Source of the DNA: Bacteroidales bacterium
GTDB lineage: Bacteria > Bacteroidota > Bacteroidia > Bacteroidales > VadinHA17
Reading direction: 5' to 3'
DNA length: 64,000 nt
NCBI GenBank assembly: GCA_011620595.1
Contig: WOYX01000057.1
Coordinates: 28,473-92,472 of the forward strand
A model generated the notes under the pieces. That model saw only the letters and a list, made by a program, of their open reading frames with translations. It did no database searches and had not been told where the DNA came from. Made by a program: the position numbers and the translations under genes. The first letter of the stretch is position 1, and every line of letters begins with the position of its first letter. This document shows positions 45,206 through 54,401 of this stretch, piece by piece.

Positions 45206-47598
45206 AGCTCACCTGCCGGCCTGAATACCATCTCATACTTCTTCGCTGCTTTGACGGCCTGCTCCGTGAATGGCTCACTGTAAAAGCCGTTGTTGACATA
45301 GGTCTCCGTCTGCGAGAGATAGAAGGGGCTGCCAGGGATACCTGAGGTACCGGTGGGTATTACCGTCAACGACTGATCCCAGTCCGCCGTATTGAAGATA
45401 TGCCTCTCCGAGGCACCGTGGTACGCTCCGAAATTCTCCCTGAAGGCATAAGGCTCCACTGTGTGGTAGCTACCCCCAACACCGTATGTCTTTGAATTGA
45501 GACCCAGCAGCCTGTCGAGGATCTTCACGCCGCCCATGGGATGCTCAAGGGTGAGGGTGTGTATGTTACCCCACTGCCAGCTCTCCCCGAACTCACCGTA
45601 CCTGGCGGTGAGGGTGTCAACAGCAGATGCTATGCTCAGGGCAATGATATCATCCATGGTCTCAACCTCCACCGTGGTTTTATTGTCAACCCACGCGTCC
45701 GGTCCTTCATTGATCATCCGATAGATGTAAAAATCATGCTGCCGGCCGTGGGGCGATCCGTAGAGCTCTCCGAGCTCATCACTCATGATATGACGGGCCA
45801 GCTCTATACGTATAAACTCGAACAGCGTTGGCGCAATCAGGGATCCATCCATGGCATAATCCCATCCCTTAAGCTCCACGAGGGCAGCCTTTACCCCGTC
45901 GCCCGGATCGCTGATTGCCTCCGCTGCCCTCAGTATTACCGGTGTCAGCATGGCAGCATAGGCAGAGTGGTTGTCGGTAATCATCCTTTTGAAGTCGTCA
46001 ATACCCAGTATCTCCTTCTCTGCGGCCATCTCCCGGATACGCATGATCCGGTAGGGCATTGCAAACTCGCCACTGATGTAGAAAGGATATTCGCCTGTCA
46101 CCGTACGCTGGTTGGCCGATGATACAAACCCGTTGTCCGGATTGAACGAAGAGGGCAGCAGCTCAAATGGCACATAGCCCTTCCATTCATATTCGTCCGT
46201 ATCGCCCCTGCGGGGCAGCAAACCGGTGCCCTTTCTGAGCGGGATTCCCCCGCCGGTCTGAAGACCTATATTGCCTTCAACATCGGCATAGGCAAAGTTC
46301 TGGCTGATAGACCTGAAATGGCTCAGTGCAGTGCGAAATTCATCCCACGACCCTGCCCTGTTGAGAAGGTAAACCGCCCTGATCTCGTCACTGTAGTCAT
46401 AGCCTGTCCAGCACATTGTCAGCACTTCATCATCTATGCCTCTCATGCCTGAGATGACCGGTCCGTGATGAGTATACCTGATGGTCCGTGTCTGCGAAGA
46501 ATCATCCGTGATCCTGAATATCTCCTCACTGGTTCTGAAGGGCAGCCACTCCCCGTTATACAAATAGCTGTTGCCTGTGGAATCTACCGTCTCCACAAAA
46601 AGATCGATGTCATCGACACTGAGGTTGGTCATGCCCCAGGCTATTCTTTCATTGTGACCCGCAATGATGAAAGGCTCGCCCGGGAAGAGCACCCCGGTCA
46701 CATTGATGCGGCCCGGAATCACCTGGTGCACCTGCATCCAGAAACCTGGAACGTTGAGCCCCAGGTGCATGTCATTGGAAAGAATGGGCTTCCCGGTCTC
46801 GCTCCTGCTGCCGGAGACCGCCCAGTTATTGCTTCCTGAAAGAGAGACGATGCCCAGCTCCTCCATCTCCTTCAGGGAACCTATTGATATAAGCGCATCC
46901 TCCAATAATTTTTTATCCAGCTCAAACCCTGGGAAAACAACCTCGTCAACATGTTTCCAGTCTGCTATCAGCTCAGAGGCCTTCACCGGTCCGAGCTTCC
47001 TGCCAAGCCTGTAATTGTTGATCTCATCGCTGAGATTTGATGAGGCCAGATCCCACCCGATGAAACCGATGATATTGGCAATATCAGTCAGAGTCCACGG
47101 CTCAGGCTGGTAGCCCAGCACCCTGAACTCCGGTGGCAGCTTCCTGCCGGTCTCTTCCATCCACCTGTTGACACCGTCAGTGTAAGCCTCGAGCGCCGCG
47201 AGTATCCCGGGGTCTTCCTTTTCAAGAACCAGTTGTGACTTTTCAGACATGCCGAGAGCCCGAAGAAAATGATCCGTCTCCGTCATATCCCTTTTGAAGA
47301 GCTCCGAAAGTCTGCCCTGCGTCGCATGCCTGACCATATCCATCTGCCAGAGCCTCTCCTGGGCGGTAATATAACCGGTCATGAAATAGAGGTCGTGCTC
47401 ATTCGATGCATATATATGAGGTACTCCCCGCTCGTCGCGGATGACCTTTACATCAGCCGTAAGCCCGGCTATTGCTTTTTCGCCGTTCAGCTCAGGCAAT
47501 CCCGAGCGGCGAAGGGATGGGACAATGATCATGCCTGCCAGAAGCGCTGCCCCAACAACGGCAGCAATGACAATCAGGGATACTCTAAGGATTTTCAT
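45202..47598 (-). CDS. penicillin acylase-family Ntn hydrolase (penicillin amidase / acyl-homoserine-lactone acylase-like)
   Basis: 798 aa. RDERGVPHIYA..D..F..GY..AQERLWQMD. Beta-subunit nucleophile context GSNNWAVSG. Confidence 0.85.
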   Translation of the reverse strand: MKILRVSLIVIAAVVGAALLAGMIIVPSLRRSGLPELNGEKAIAGLTADVKVIRDERGVPHIYASNEHDLYFMTGYITAQERLWQMDMVRHATQGRLSELFKRDMTETDHFLRALGMSEKSQLVLEKEDPGILAALEAYTDGVNRWMEETGRKLPPEFRVLGYQPEPWTLTDIANIIGFIGWDLASSNLSDEINNYRLGRKLGPVKASELIADWKHVDEVVFPGFELDKKLLEDALISIGSLKEMEELGIVSLSGSNNWAVSGSRSETGKPILSNDMHLGLNVPGFWMQVHQVIPGRINVTGVLFPGEPFIIAGHNERIAWGMTNLSVDDIDLFVETVDSTGNSYLYNGEWLPFRTSEEIFRITDDSSQTRTIRYTHHGPVISGMRGIDDEVLTMCWTGYDYSDEIRAVYLLNRAGSWDEFRTALSHFRSISQNFAYADVEGNIGLQTGGGIPLRKGTGLLPRRGDTDEYEWKGYVPFELLPSSFNPDNGFVSSANQRTVTGEYPFYISGEFAMPYRIMRIREMAAEKEILGIDDFKRMITDNHSAYAAMLTPVILRAAEAISDPGDGVKAALVELKGWDYAMDGSLIAPTLFEFIRIELARHIMSDELGELYGSPHGRQHDFYIYRMINEGPDAWVDNKTTVEVETMDDIIALSIASAVDTLTARYGEFGESWQWGNIHTLTLEHPMGGVKILDRLLGLNSKTYGVGGSYHTVEPYAFRENFGAYHGASERHIFNTADWDQSLTVIPTGTSGIPGSPFYLSQTETYVNNGFYSEPFTEQAVKAAKKYEMVFRPAGEL

Positions 47599-47618
47599 AG
47601 CGGTGTGGTTTTGTCACC

Positions 47619-47626
47619 TAAACTTA
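47619..47626 (-). promoter_or_regulatory. -7-like promoter box TAAGTTTA for the acylase gene
   Basis: Plus strand reads TAAACTTA. It lies 20 nt from ATG 47598. Confidence 0.4.
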
Positions 47627-47719
47627 CATAAAATCTCCCGGTTTTTAAATGCAAATTTCCATCAGGAAGATTTTCCGGGAATTTTTGGCATTGTGAACAT
47701 ATGGCAAAACAGGCATTGC

Positions 47720-48691
47720 TCAGCTCCTGAAGATCAGCCTTGTGCCCTGAGGACAGTCGCTGCAGATATCTATAGCTTTGCGGTTCTTCATTACAGCCAT
47801 CCTGAAATCCCTGTATCTTTCGCTGCGCCATATCTCAGCAAAGCTCCGGCTGTGCAGATTTCCCATTGCATGCCCGGCGCACTTGTCGAAGCAGCAGGGT
47901 ACCACCTCACCGTCAGAAGTTATGACAGCCGAGGACCACATCCTCAGGCAACCCCGCCCCGGTGACGCGGCACGTTGCCAGCTTCCGTCATCACCTCTGA
48001 CATACCGTGATCTGCCTTGATCTGCCGATGCCCACTCTCCCGCCCTGGCGGGGTCAAGCACCTGCATGCTCTTTGTTCTGAATCCCGCGCCAACTGATCC
48101 GGCAAAGGCAGCGGCGGCACGGGCTTCATGCTCATTGCCCCGGTGCAGCAGGAACTGAAGCACGATCTTCAGCCCGGAGCGCCTCTCCCTGATGGTGGCA
48201 GCCAGCCGCATGATGCCCTCGGTCACAAGTTCATGATCACCCCCACGCCTGTAGATACCATAGGTTGCGGAGCTGACTCCGTCATATGAAATAATTATCT
48301 TCTTCAAAGGAGAATCGGCCAGGCCGATGCATCTCTCCCTGTCAAGATAATGTCCGTTGGTGGCAATCACCGGGTTCATACGCGCGAATAAATCCACGAT
48401 CCGGAAGAAGTCGGGGTGCAACATCGGCTCACCCTGGAAACTGAGCCAGGCGGAGAGTGTAAATCCTCTGAGCTCCTCCGCAATCTTCTCCGCAAGACGG
48501 TAATTCAGGAAGCTGTTTCTCCTCGAAAGCAATCCGGCCCCGGTTACACACTCGGGACATGAGAGGTTACATACGCTGCTCAGCTCGAGGCTTATCGCCG
48601 GGGGAAGAGGCGCGGCGGCAGAGATGCCCGCGTATCTGCTGGCGGCGTATGATAAAACAGAGTAACTTGCATTCAGATATCTGATAGCCAT
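47720..48691 (-). CDS. radical SAM protein with a SPASM-like Cys-rich C-terminus
   Basis: CNLSCPEC (CX3CX2C) cluster motif. C-terminal Cys-rich segment (GCLRMW..VVPCCFD..CAGHAMGN..DICSDCPQG). Start taken at ATG 48691; the track start at 48760 is a TTG. Confidence 0.75.
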   Translation of the reverse strand: MAIRYLNASYSVLSYAASRYAGISAAAPLPPAISLELSSVCNLSCPECVTGAGLLSRRNSFLNYRLAEKIAEELRGFTLSAWLSFQGEPMLHPDFFRIVDLFARMNPVIATNGHYLDRERCIGLADSPLKKIIISYDGVSSATYGIYRRGGDHELVTEGIMRLAATIRERRSGLKIVLQFLLHRGNEHEARAAAAFAGSVGAGFRTKSMQVLDPARAGEWASADQGRSRYVRGDDGSWQRAASPGRGCLRMWSSAVITSDGEVVPCCFDKCAGHAMGNLHSRSFAEIWRSERYRDFRMAVMKNRKAIDICSDCPQGTRLIFRS

Positions 48692-48803
48692 GGCAGAGGC
48701 AAATGAACAATTTTTTTGGCTCAATGTATAGGGTATAGAGTATATTTCCGGTCTTATCAATGAAAAGAAGATCAGAAATCAGGAAACCACAAACAACACG
48801 AAA

Positions 48804-50108
48804 ATGAAAACAAAAATCTTTTACACAGCAATAGCTTCTGCCCTCCTGCTGATTATGCCGGCAGGAGAGATCAATGCATCTGACTCCGCCGACAGGAACA
48901 GGAAGGAGAAGGAGCAGCAGCAACTGATAACAATAAGAGGCAGGGTGGTTGATGTCGAGACCCGTGTCCCTCTTGTATTTGCAGGAATAGCACTGCAGGG
49001 AAGCAACATAGCTACCGTGACCAACCTTGACGGTGAATTTACCCTCAAGGTCAGCAGTGATCAGACCGGGAACATCGAGGTCTCATATGTGGGCTACAAG
49101 AACAGGGTGGTGGCCATTGAAGAGATGAAGACTAACGGGCAGCGAAACGTGATCGAGCTCGAGACCGCACTCATCCCTATCAGGGAGGTGATCGTTAAAC
49201 CCCTCGTCCCTGATGAGATAATGCTGCAGGTCATAGACCGCATCAATGAAAACTATCCCACGGTGCCCAATGACATGACCGGCTTCTACCGTGAAACCAT
49301 CAGGAAAAACCGAAGTTATATCTCCATCGGCGAAGCCGTTGTTGAGATATTCAAGGCCCCCTACCAGAATGACCTTCGCTTTGATGCCGTCAGGATATAC
49401 AAGGCCAGGAAGAGCAATGACGTTGAGAAGATGGACACCGTGCTCTTCAAACTCCAGGGTGGTCCCACAACCACACTCTACCTCGACGTGGTCAAGAACC
49501 CCGAAACATTCCTCACCAGGGAGGCACTCAACCAGTATGACCTGGAGCTCTCAAACATAGCGGTGATCGATGACAGGACAAACTACGTCATCAATTTCAA
49601 CCAGAAGCCTTCGATAACCACACCACTCTACCAGGGGCGCCTCTTCATCGACATAGAAACCTATGCGGTTGCACAGGCAGAATTTGCCTTCAACCTTGAG
49701 AACAAGGAGCTGGCAGCTTCAATGTTCATCAGGAAGAAGCCGCTGGGCATGCAGGTGACCCCCGAGGTGACATCCTACTATGTGCGCTACCGCGAGATGG
49801 ACGGCAAATGGTACTTCAGCCACTCAAGGGCAGAGGTCAAGTTCAAGGTCAACTGGAAGAAGAAACTCTTCAACACCAACTATACCACAATGTCTGAACT
49901 GGCAATAACAGACCGCACAGAAGAGGATGTTGTAAAGTTTGCAGCGAGGGAGAGAATACGCCCGACCGACTTCTTCACCGAGGAGGTGGCAGCATTTGCC
50001 GATCCCGAATTCTGGGGTGACTATAACGTGATTGAGCCCGACCAGAGCATTGAGGCAGCCATCAGGCGACTGAGCAGGAAACTCAGATTCAGCGACAGGA
50101 AAGAATAG
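48804..50108 (+). CDS. secreted CarboxypepD_reg-like domain protein with an unknown ~300-aa C-terminal domain (paralog of 51652..53211)
   Basis: Signal peptide. GRVVDVETRVPLVFAGIAL..TVTNLDGEFTL beta-sandwich motif. The remainder aligns with the later 519-aa protein. Confidence 0.7.
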   Translation: MKTKIFYTAIASALLLIMPAGEINASDSADRNRKEKEQQQLITIRGRVVDVETRVPLVFAGIALQGSNIATVTNLDGEFTLKVSSDQTGNIEVSYVGYKNRVVAIEEMKTNGQRNVIELETALIPIREVIVKPLVPDEIMLQVIDRINENYPTVPNDMTGFYRETIRKNRSYISIGEAVVEIFKAPYQNDLRFDAVRIYKARKSNDVEKMDTVLFKLQGGPTTTLYLDVVKNPETFLTREALNQYDLELSNIAVIDDRTNYVINFNQKPSITTPLYQGRLFIDIETYAVAQAEFAFNLENKELAASMFIRKKPLGMQVTPEVTSYYVRYREMDGKWYFSHSRAEVKFKVNWKKKLFNTNYTTMSELAITDRTEEDVVKFAARERIRPTDFFTEEVAAFADPEFWGDYNVIEPDQSIEAAIRRLSRKLRFSDRKE

Positions 50109-50125
50109 GCCGGGACCATGTGCGC

Positions 50126-50662
50126 ATGAACATTGACAGTGAGATAATAGGGAGGATAAGGAACGGAGACAAACTTGAGTTTGAGACACTGTTCCGCTCC
50201 TCCTATGTTTCACTGGTGTGCTATGCGAAGCGCATCCTCAGGGACCACGATACTGCTGAAGAGATAGTACAGGAACTGTTTTTCAGACTGTGGCAGGACA
50301 GGGAGAAACTTAACATTGAAAGCTCACTGAACGGTTATCTCTTCCGCTCGGTACACAACAGGGCACTGCATCATATTGAACATCAGCAGGTGGTGAGCCG
50401 CCATGCCGGGGAAGTCGCCGCCGGAACAGAGCTCTCCTCCGAACCGGTTACCGAGGCAATTTATTACAGCGAGCTCCAGACAAAAATTGCCGGAGTACTT
50501 GAACGGCTGCCAGGAAGATGCCGGACGATTTTCAGGATGAGCAGGTTCGAAGGATTGAAATACAATGAGATAGCTGAAAAACTTGCCGTTAACGTCAAGA
50601 CGGTGGAGGCAGACATGGGAAAAGCACTGAGGGAATTCAGAAAAGCACTGACAGAGCAATGA
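50126..50662 (+). CDS. ECF-type RNA polymerase sigma-70 factor
   Basis: ~178 aa. Region 2 (..AEEIVQELFFRLW..) and region 4 HTH (LKYNEIAEKLAVNVKTVEADMGKAL). GTG 50120 is an alternative start. Confidence 0.85.
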   Translation: MNIDSEIIGRIRNGDKLEFETLFRSSYVSLVCYAKRILRDHDTAEEIVQELFFRLWQDREKLNIESSLNGYLFRSVHNRALHHIEHQQVVSRHAGEVAAGTELSSEPVTEAIYYSELQTKIAGVLERLPGRCRTIFRMSRFEGLKYNEIAEKLAVNVKTVEADMGKALREFRKALTEQ

Positions 50663-51645
50663 AGAAGTTAAACAAAACAGAAAAAATGTCAGAATTGGAT
50701 TGGGCTGATGCAGCCGCGTGGCTCTCCGGAGAGAGTACGGCAGGCGAAGAGGCAGCCCGCATCCTCATTGATGAAGACAATGATATAATGAAAAAGTGGA
50801 ATGACCTTAAAAACATTGATGGTGAGACAATTGATGTTGACAAAGCATGGGATAGGCTGAACCGGAGAATAGAAGCCGAATCACCGGTCATAACCCTTAA
50901 GAGGAGGTCATTCATCTACTCTTTTGCAAGGATAGCCGCCATGGTCATCATCGTGACAGGACTGGGATGGCTCTTTTTTAAGGTTGCAGGTACAGAAAAG
51001 ATCACTGTCTCCTCAGGGCCCGATGAAAAGAACATTGAGGTTCTGCTCGCTGACGGAAGCAGGGTATATCTCAACCGTGACAGCAGGCTGACATATCCCG
51101 AAGATTTCAGGAGCGATATCCGGACGGTTTCACTTGTCGGGGAAGCATTCTTTGACATCGCCGCTGACGCATCACGCCCCTTCATCATCGATGCCGGCAA
51201 AGCCAGCGTGAAGGTCCAGGGAACATCATTCAGCGTCATGACCGATAACGGTAACAATGAAGTGGAAGTCTATGTGGAATCAGGCACCGTGATGCTCTCC
51301 AGCGACAACGGTTCCCACAATGTGACATTGGAACCGCAGTTCGTCGGACGTGTCTCTGACAGGGGTGCATGGCAGACGGTCAACACTGATGCCAACTATC
51401 TCTCATGGCACACCGACATGCTTGTTTTTGACGGTGAGAGACTGGAGACGGTCTTCGCTGATCTGAAACGTACATTCAATATCAGCATCGTGGCCGCAGA
51501 CCCGGCCATCTATGAATACAGGCTGACATCACCCTTTGTGGATCAGCCTCACGATACAATTATTAAGGTAATTTGCACTACCTTTAACCTTCATTCTGTC
51601 AGGGAAGAAGGTGTATACAGGCTTTATCCCGGGCAGGTACGGTAA
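50659..51645 (+). CDS. FecR-family anti-sigma factor
   Basis: Overlaps the sigma gene by 4 nt. Single TM segment (FARIAAMVIIVTGLGWLFF). Periplasmic FecR-like part (LADGSRVYLN..S.L.YP.., GEAFFDI). Confidence 0.85.
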   Translation: MKKLNKTEKMSELDWADAAAWLSGESTAGEEAARILIDEDNDIMKKWNDLKNIDGETIDVDKAWDRLNRRIEAESPVITLKRRSFIYSFARIAAMVIIVTGLGWLFFKVAGTEKITVSSGPDEKNIEVLLADGSRVYLNRDSRLTYPEDFRSDIRTVSLVGEAFFDIAADASRPFIIDAGKASVKVQGTSFSVMTDNGNNEVEVYVESGTVMLSSDNGSHNVTLEPQFVGRVSDRGAWQTVNTDANYLSWHTDMLVFDGERLETVFADLKRTFNISIVAADPAIYEYRLTSPFVDQPHDTIIKVICTTFNLHSVREEGVYRLYPGQVR

Positions 51646-51651
51646 CAACCG

Positions 51652-53211
51652 ATGTGGCCGACAGGTTCAGTGAGAAACAGGGGGATAGCGGTTGTCGCTC
51701 TGCTTCTGCTGCCGTTACAGCTTGTTCCTCAGGATAACATCCTTGAAAGAGAGATAAGGCTGCCTGGCAACAGCATCAGAGTCTCAAAGGCACTCAGCGA
51801 GGTAAGCAAACTTACCGGCTATCTTTTTACCTATGACACCCGGATAATCAGCCCGGACAGGATCTTTGAACTCCCCTCCTATGATATGCCGCTGAGTGAA
51901 CTGCTGGATTCTGTATCGGGTAATCCGGATGTCAGGGTCTCAGTTATAGGGAAACACATCATTCTGTACCGCGAGACAGCCCTCCCTCCTGATGCCTGGC
52001 AGGAATATGACAACCCGCAGGCAGAAATATTTATCAGCGGCAGGGTCACTGATGCGGAGACTGCCGAACCTCTGCCATATGCAACAGTAGGCATCAGCCA
52101 CCGCGGCAGAGGTACGGTGACAAACTTCAACGGCGACTTCATCCTGAGGCTGAACAACCTGTTCCTTGATGACACCCTCTCGGTATCATACCTGGGCTAT
52201 GTCAACCGCCTGATACCGGTCAGGAGCCTTCCTGGCAATATTCTGACCATCAGCATGGAGAGAGACTACATCCCCATCCCCGAGATAATCATCAGGGCAC
52301 AGGACCCTCATCTCATCATCAGGAAAATCCTCTCTTCCGTCGCCTCCAACTACGGCACCACCCCTGCCCTGCTTACGGGATTCTACCGCGAAGGGGTCTA
52401 CCGCAGGAAGGAGCCACAGATCTATTCCGAAGCAGTGGTACAGATTTACAAAAGCCCCTATGCAAGATCACTGCAGAACGATCAGATAAAGGTGCTGCGC
52501 AGCCGTAAGATCGAAAACCTGGAGGTTAAGGATACCCTGGCTGTCAGACTTAAGGCAGGACTGAGTGCAACTCTTACACTGGATGTCATGAAAAACCTGT
52601 TCGATTTTCTTGACCCGGCATCTTTCGATTCCTATGAATATCACCTGACAGATATTGTAACTATTGACGACCAGTCGGCATTTGTGATATCATTCCGCCA
52701 GAGGGAGGATATTACCGAACCGCTTATGGAGGGCGACATCTATATAAATGTCGACAACTACGCCCTGGTGCTTGCAGATTTTGAGATCAACCCGCTCTAT
52801 ATTGACCAGACAGCCACATCCTATATCAGCAGGTTGCCCCGTGCCTACTCCATGAGACCCGAATATGTCAGGTACAGGGCGCGCTACCGCAATGTTAACG
52901 GAAGATACTTCCTGTCACACGTCAGGGGAGACCTGGGCTTCCTGGCCAGGAGCAGGAAGAGAATCTTCAACAGCCGCTTCAACATATTCTTTGAGCTGGC
53001 AGTCACAGATCACCGGACAACAGATGTCGCCCGATTTGATCATGATGAACTGGCACCAGCCTATTCTGTATTTTCAAATACCATAACCGGATATGACGCC
53101 GGCTTCTGGAAGGGATTCGATTTCCTCAAGCCCGAAGAAGATCTTGTTGAAGCACTGCAAAGGCTGGAAATACGCCTTGGAGAGTTCGCCGGGCAGGATT
53201 CCCCTCAGTAG
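51652..53211 (+). CDS. STN-like signalling domain + CarboxypepD_reg-like domain + unknown ~300-aa domain; no TonB-dependent plug or barrel
   Basis: aa ~35-105 read as an STN/transducer N-terminal extension. Then GRVTDAETAEPLPYATVGI..TVTNFNGDFIL. The C-terminal part is homologous to 48804..50108. Total length is only 519 aa. Confidence 0.7.
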   Translation: MWPTGSVRNRGIAVVALLLLPLQLVPQDNILEREIRLPGNSIRVSKALSEVSKLTGYLFTYDTRIISPDRIFELPSYDMPLSELLDSVSGNPDVRVSVIGKHIILYRETALPPDAWQEYDNPQAEIFISGRVTDAETAEPLPYATVGISHRGRGTVTNFNGDFILRLNNLFLDDTLSVSYLGYVNRLIPVRSLPGNILTISMERDYIPIPEIIIRAQDPHLIIRKILSSVASNYGTTPALLTGFYREGVYRRKEPQIYSEAVVQIYKSPYARSLQNDQIKVLRSRKIENLEVKDTLAVRLKAGLSATLTLDVMKNLFDFLDPASFDSYEYHLTDIVTIDDQSAFVISFRQREDITEPLMEGDIYINVDNYALVLADFEINPLYIDQTATSYISRLPRAYSMRPEYVRYRARYRNVNGRYFLSHVRGDLGFLARSRKRIFNSRFNIFFELAVTDHRTTDVARFDHDELAPAYSVFSNTITGYDAGFWKGFDFLKPEEDLVEALQRLEIRLGEFAGQDSPQ

Positions 53212-54218
53212 CTCTCAAGAATATCATACAGGGCCGTGAGATCGGGAGTAAGTATGATCTCCGTCCTTCTGTTCTTCTGCCTTGAGTCAGCAGTCTTTCC
53301 CGTATCTACCGGCATATACTCACTACGGCCTGAAGCAATCAGGCGTTTGGGGTTGATATTGGTGTCATGGGTGAGCACCCTGACTACTGTTGTTGCCCTC
53401 TTGACGCTCAGGTCCCAGTTGTCAAGTATTTGCTGTCCGGGTGCAGCCCTGTACGGCACATCGTCGGTATGGCCCTCGATGGTGATGGTGATGTCGGGGT
53501 TCTTTTCCAGCAGCGCCCCAAGCTTGCGCAGCACCGTGCGCCCGTTTGCGTCTATCTCGTAACTGCCTGTCTTGAACAGCAGCTTGTCATCCATCGAGAC
53601 ATATACCTGTCCGTTCTTCATGGTGACGGTAAGACCGTTGTCCTCAAACCCGAACAGTGCATCCGACACCTTCTCCTTGAGCTCCTTCACTGCCTGCTGC
53701 TGCGCATCGAGCATCTTCTCAAGCTCCGTCAGCCTGGCATTGCGCCTCTCAAGCTCATAGGTCAGCTCCTCCAGTGTGGCCTTCTTGGTGTCAAGGTTTA
53801 TCTCCAGGTCGCGCATGAGATTCTCTTTCTGCTGCAGGTCAGCCTGCGCCTGCCTCAGGTCGGCCAGCAGCCGCTGCGTCTCCTGGGCCTTGCCTTCAGC
53901 CAGCTCCTGCTGCGCCCTCTGCAACTCATCATACCTCGCCGAGAGACTGCCGAGCTCCTCCCTCCTCTGCGTCAGTTCCGTGCGAACCTCTTCGAGCTCC
54001 TCCATAAGCCTCTCAGTATCGTTGGTGAGCTGCATTGACCTCGTGGTCAGCTCCCTGTTCGACATGGTGAGCCAGATGTTCTCTGCCTTGAGCGAATCAC
54101 GCTCCGACAACAACATGAGACTCTTGTCGTTAAGCGTGTTGTATTTCTTGCCCGTAACACATGAAACTGAAAGCAAGAGTATCATCACGACCGGAAAAAT
54201 GAGATTTAGCCTGTTCAT
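53205..54218 (-). CDS. OmpA/MotB-family peptidoglycan-binding protein with a long coiled coil
   Basis: Signal/lipoprotein N-terminus (LLLSVSC). ~150 aa of heptad-like E/Q/L-rich sequence. C-terminal OmpA-like domain (IEGHTD..N..LS..RA..V...L.., NRRTEIIL). Confidence 0.8.
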   Translation of the reverse strand: MNRLNLIFPVVMILLLSVSCVTGKKYNTLNDKSLMLLSERDSLKAENIWLTMSNRELTTRSMQLTNDTERLMEELEEVRTELTQRREELGSLSARYDELQRAQQELAEGKAQETQRLLADLRQAQADLQQKENLMRDLEINLDTKKATLEELTYELERRNARLTELEKMLDAQQQAVKELKEKVSDALFGFEDNGLTVTMKNGQVYVSMDDKLLFKTGSYEIDANGRTVLRKLGALLEKNPDITITIEGHTDDVPYRAAPGQQILDNWDLSVKRATTVVRVLTHDTNINPKRLIASGRSEYMPVDTGKTADSRQKNRRTEIILTPDLTALYDILESY

Positions 54219-54368
54219 GACCTGTCTGTTTTTTATCCATACATTGTCTGCGAATTAAACAATAAATGAGAAAACATGTTATTGAAAAAATAAGGATTAA
54301 TTAACAACTAAGATATTTTACAAGCTTCCCCGGGCAAAGGTCATTTGTAACAAAATTTAAAATATAAG

Positions 54369-54376
54369 TATCTTTG
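54369..54376 (+). promoter_or_regulatory. -7 promoter box TATCTTTG for dxs
   Basis: TAnnTTTG match 25 nt upstream of ATG 54402. Confidence 0.5.
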
Positions 54377-54401
54377 CCCGGTCTTTTGTTACCTTTAACT
54401 G

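Noticed and set aside
47599-47719. Searched for a RiPP precursor peptide next to the radical SAM/SPASM gene
   Set aside because: The only short frame (MPVLPYVHNAKNSRKIFLMEICI*) has no promoter or Cys/Gly-rich core logic. It also overlaps the acylase promoter box. I did not consider it credible.
53205-53211. 7-nt convergent overlap between the STN-domain gene and the OmpA-family gene as a possible functional link
   Set aside because: Convergent stop-region overlaps are common in compact genomes. The opposite orientation argues against co-regulation.
53367-54038. 223-aa and 160-aa plus-strand ORFs antisense to the OmpA-family coiled-coil gene
   Set aside because: They arise from the repetitive E/Q/L codon pattern of the coiled coil. 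The antisense translation is an L/Q/H-rich repeat with no start context or promoter box.
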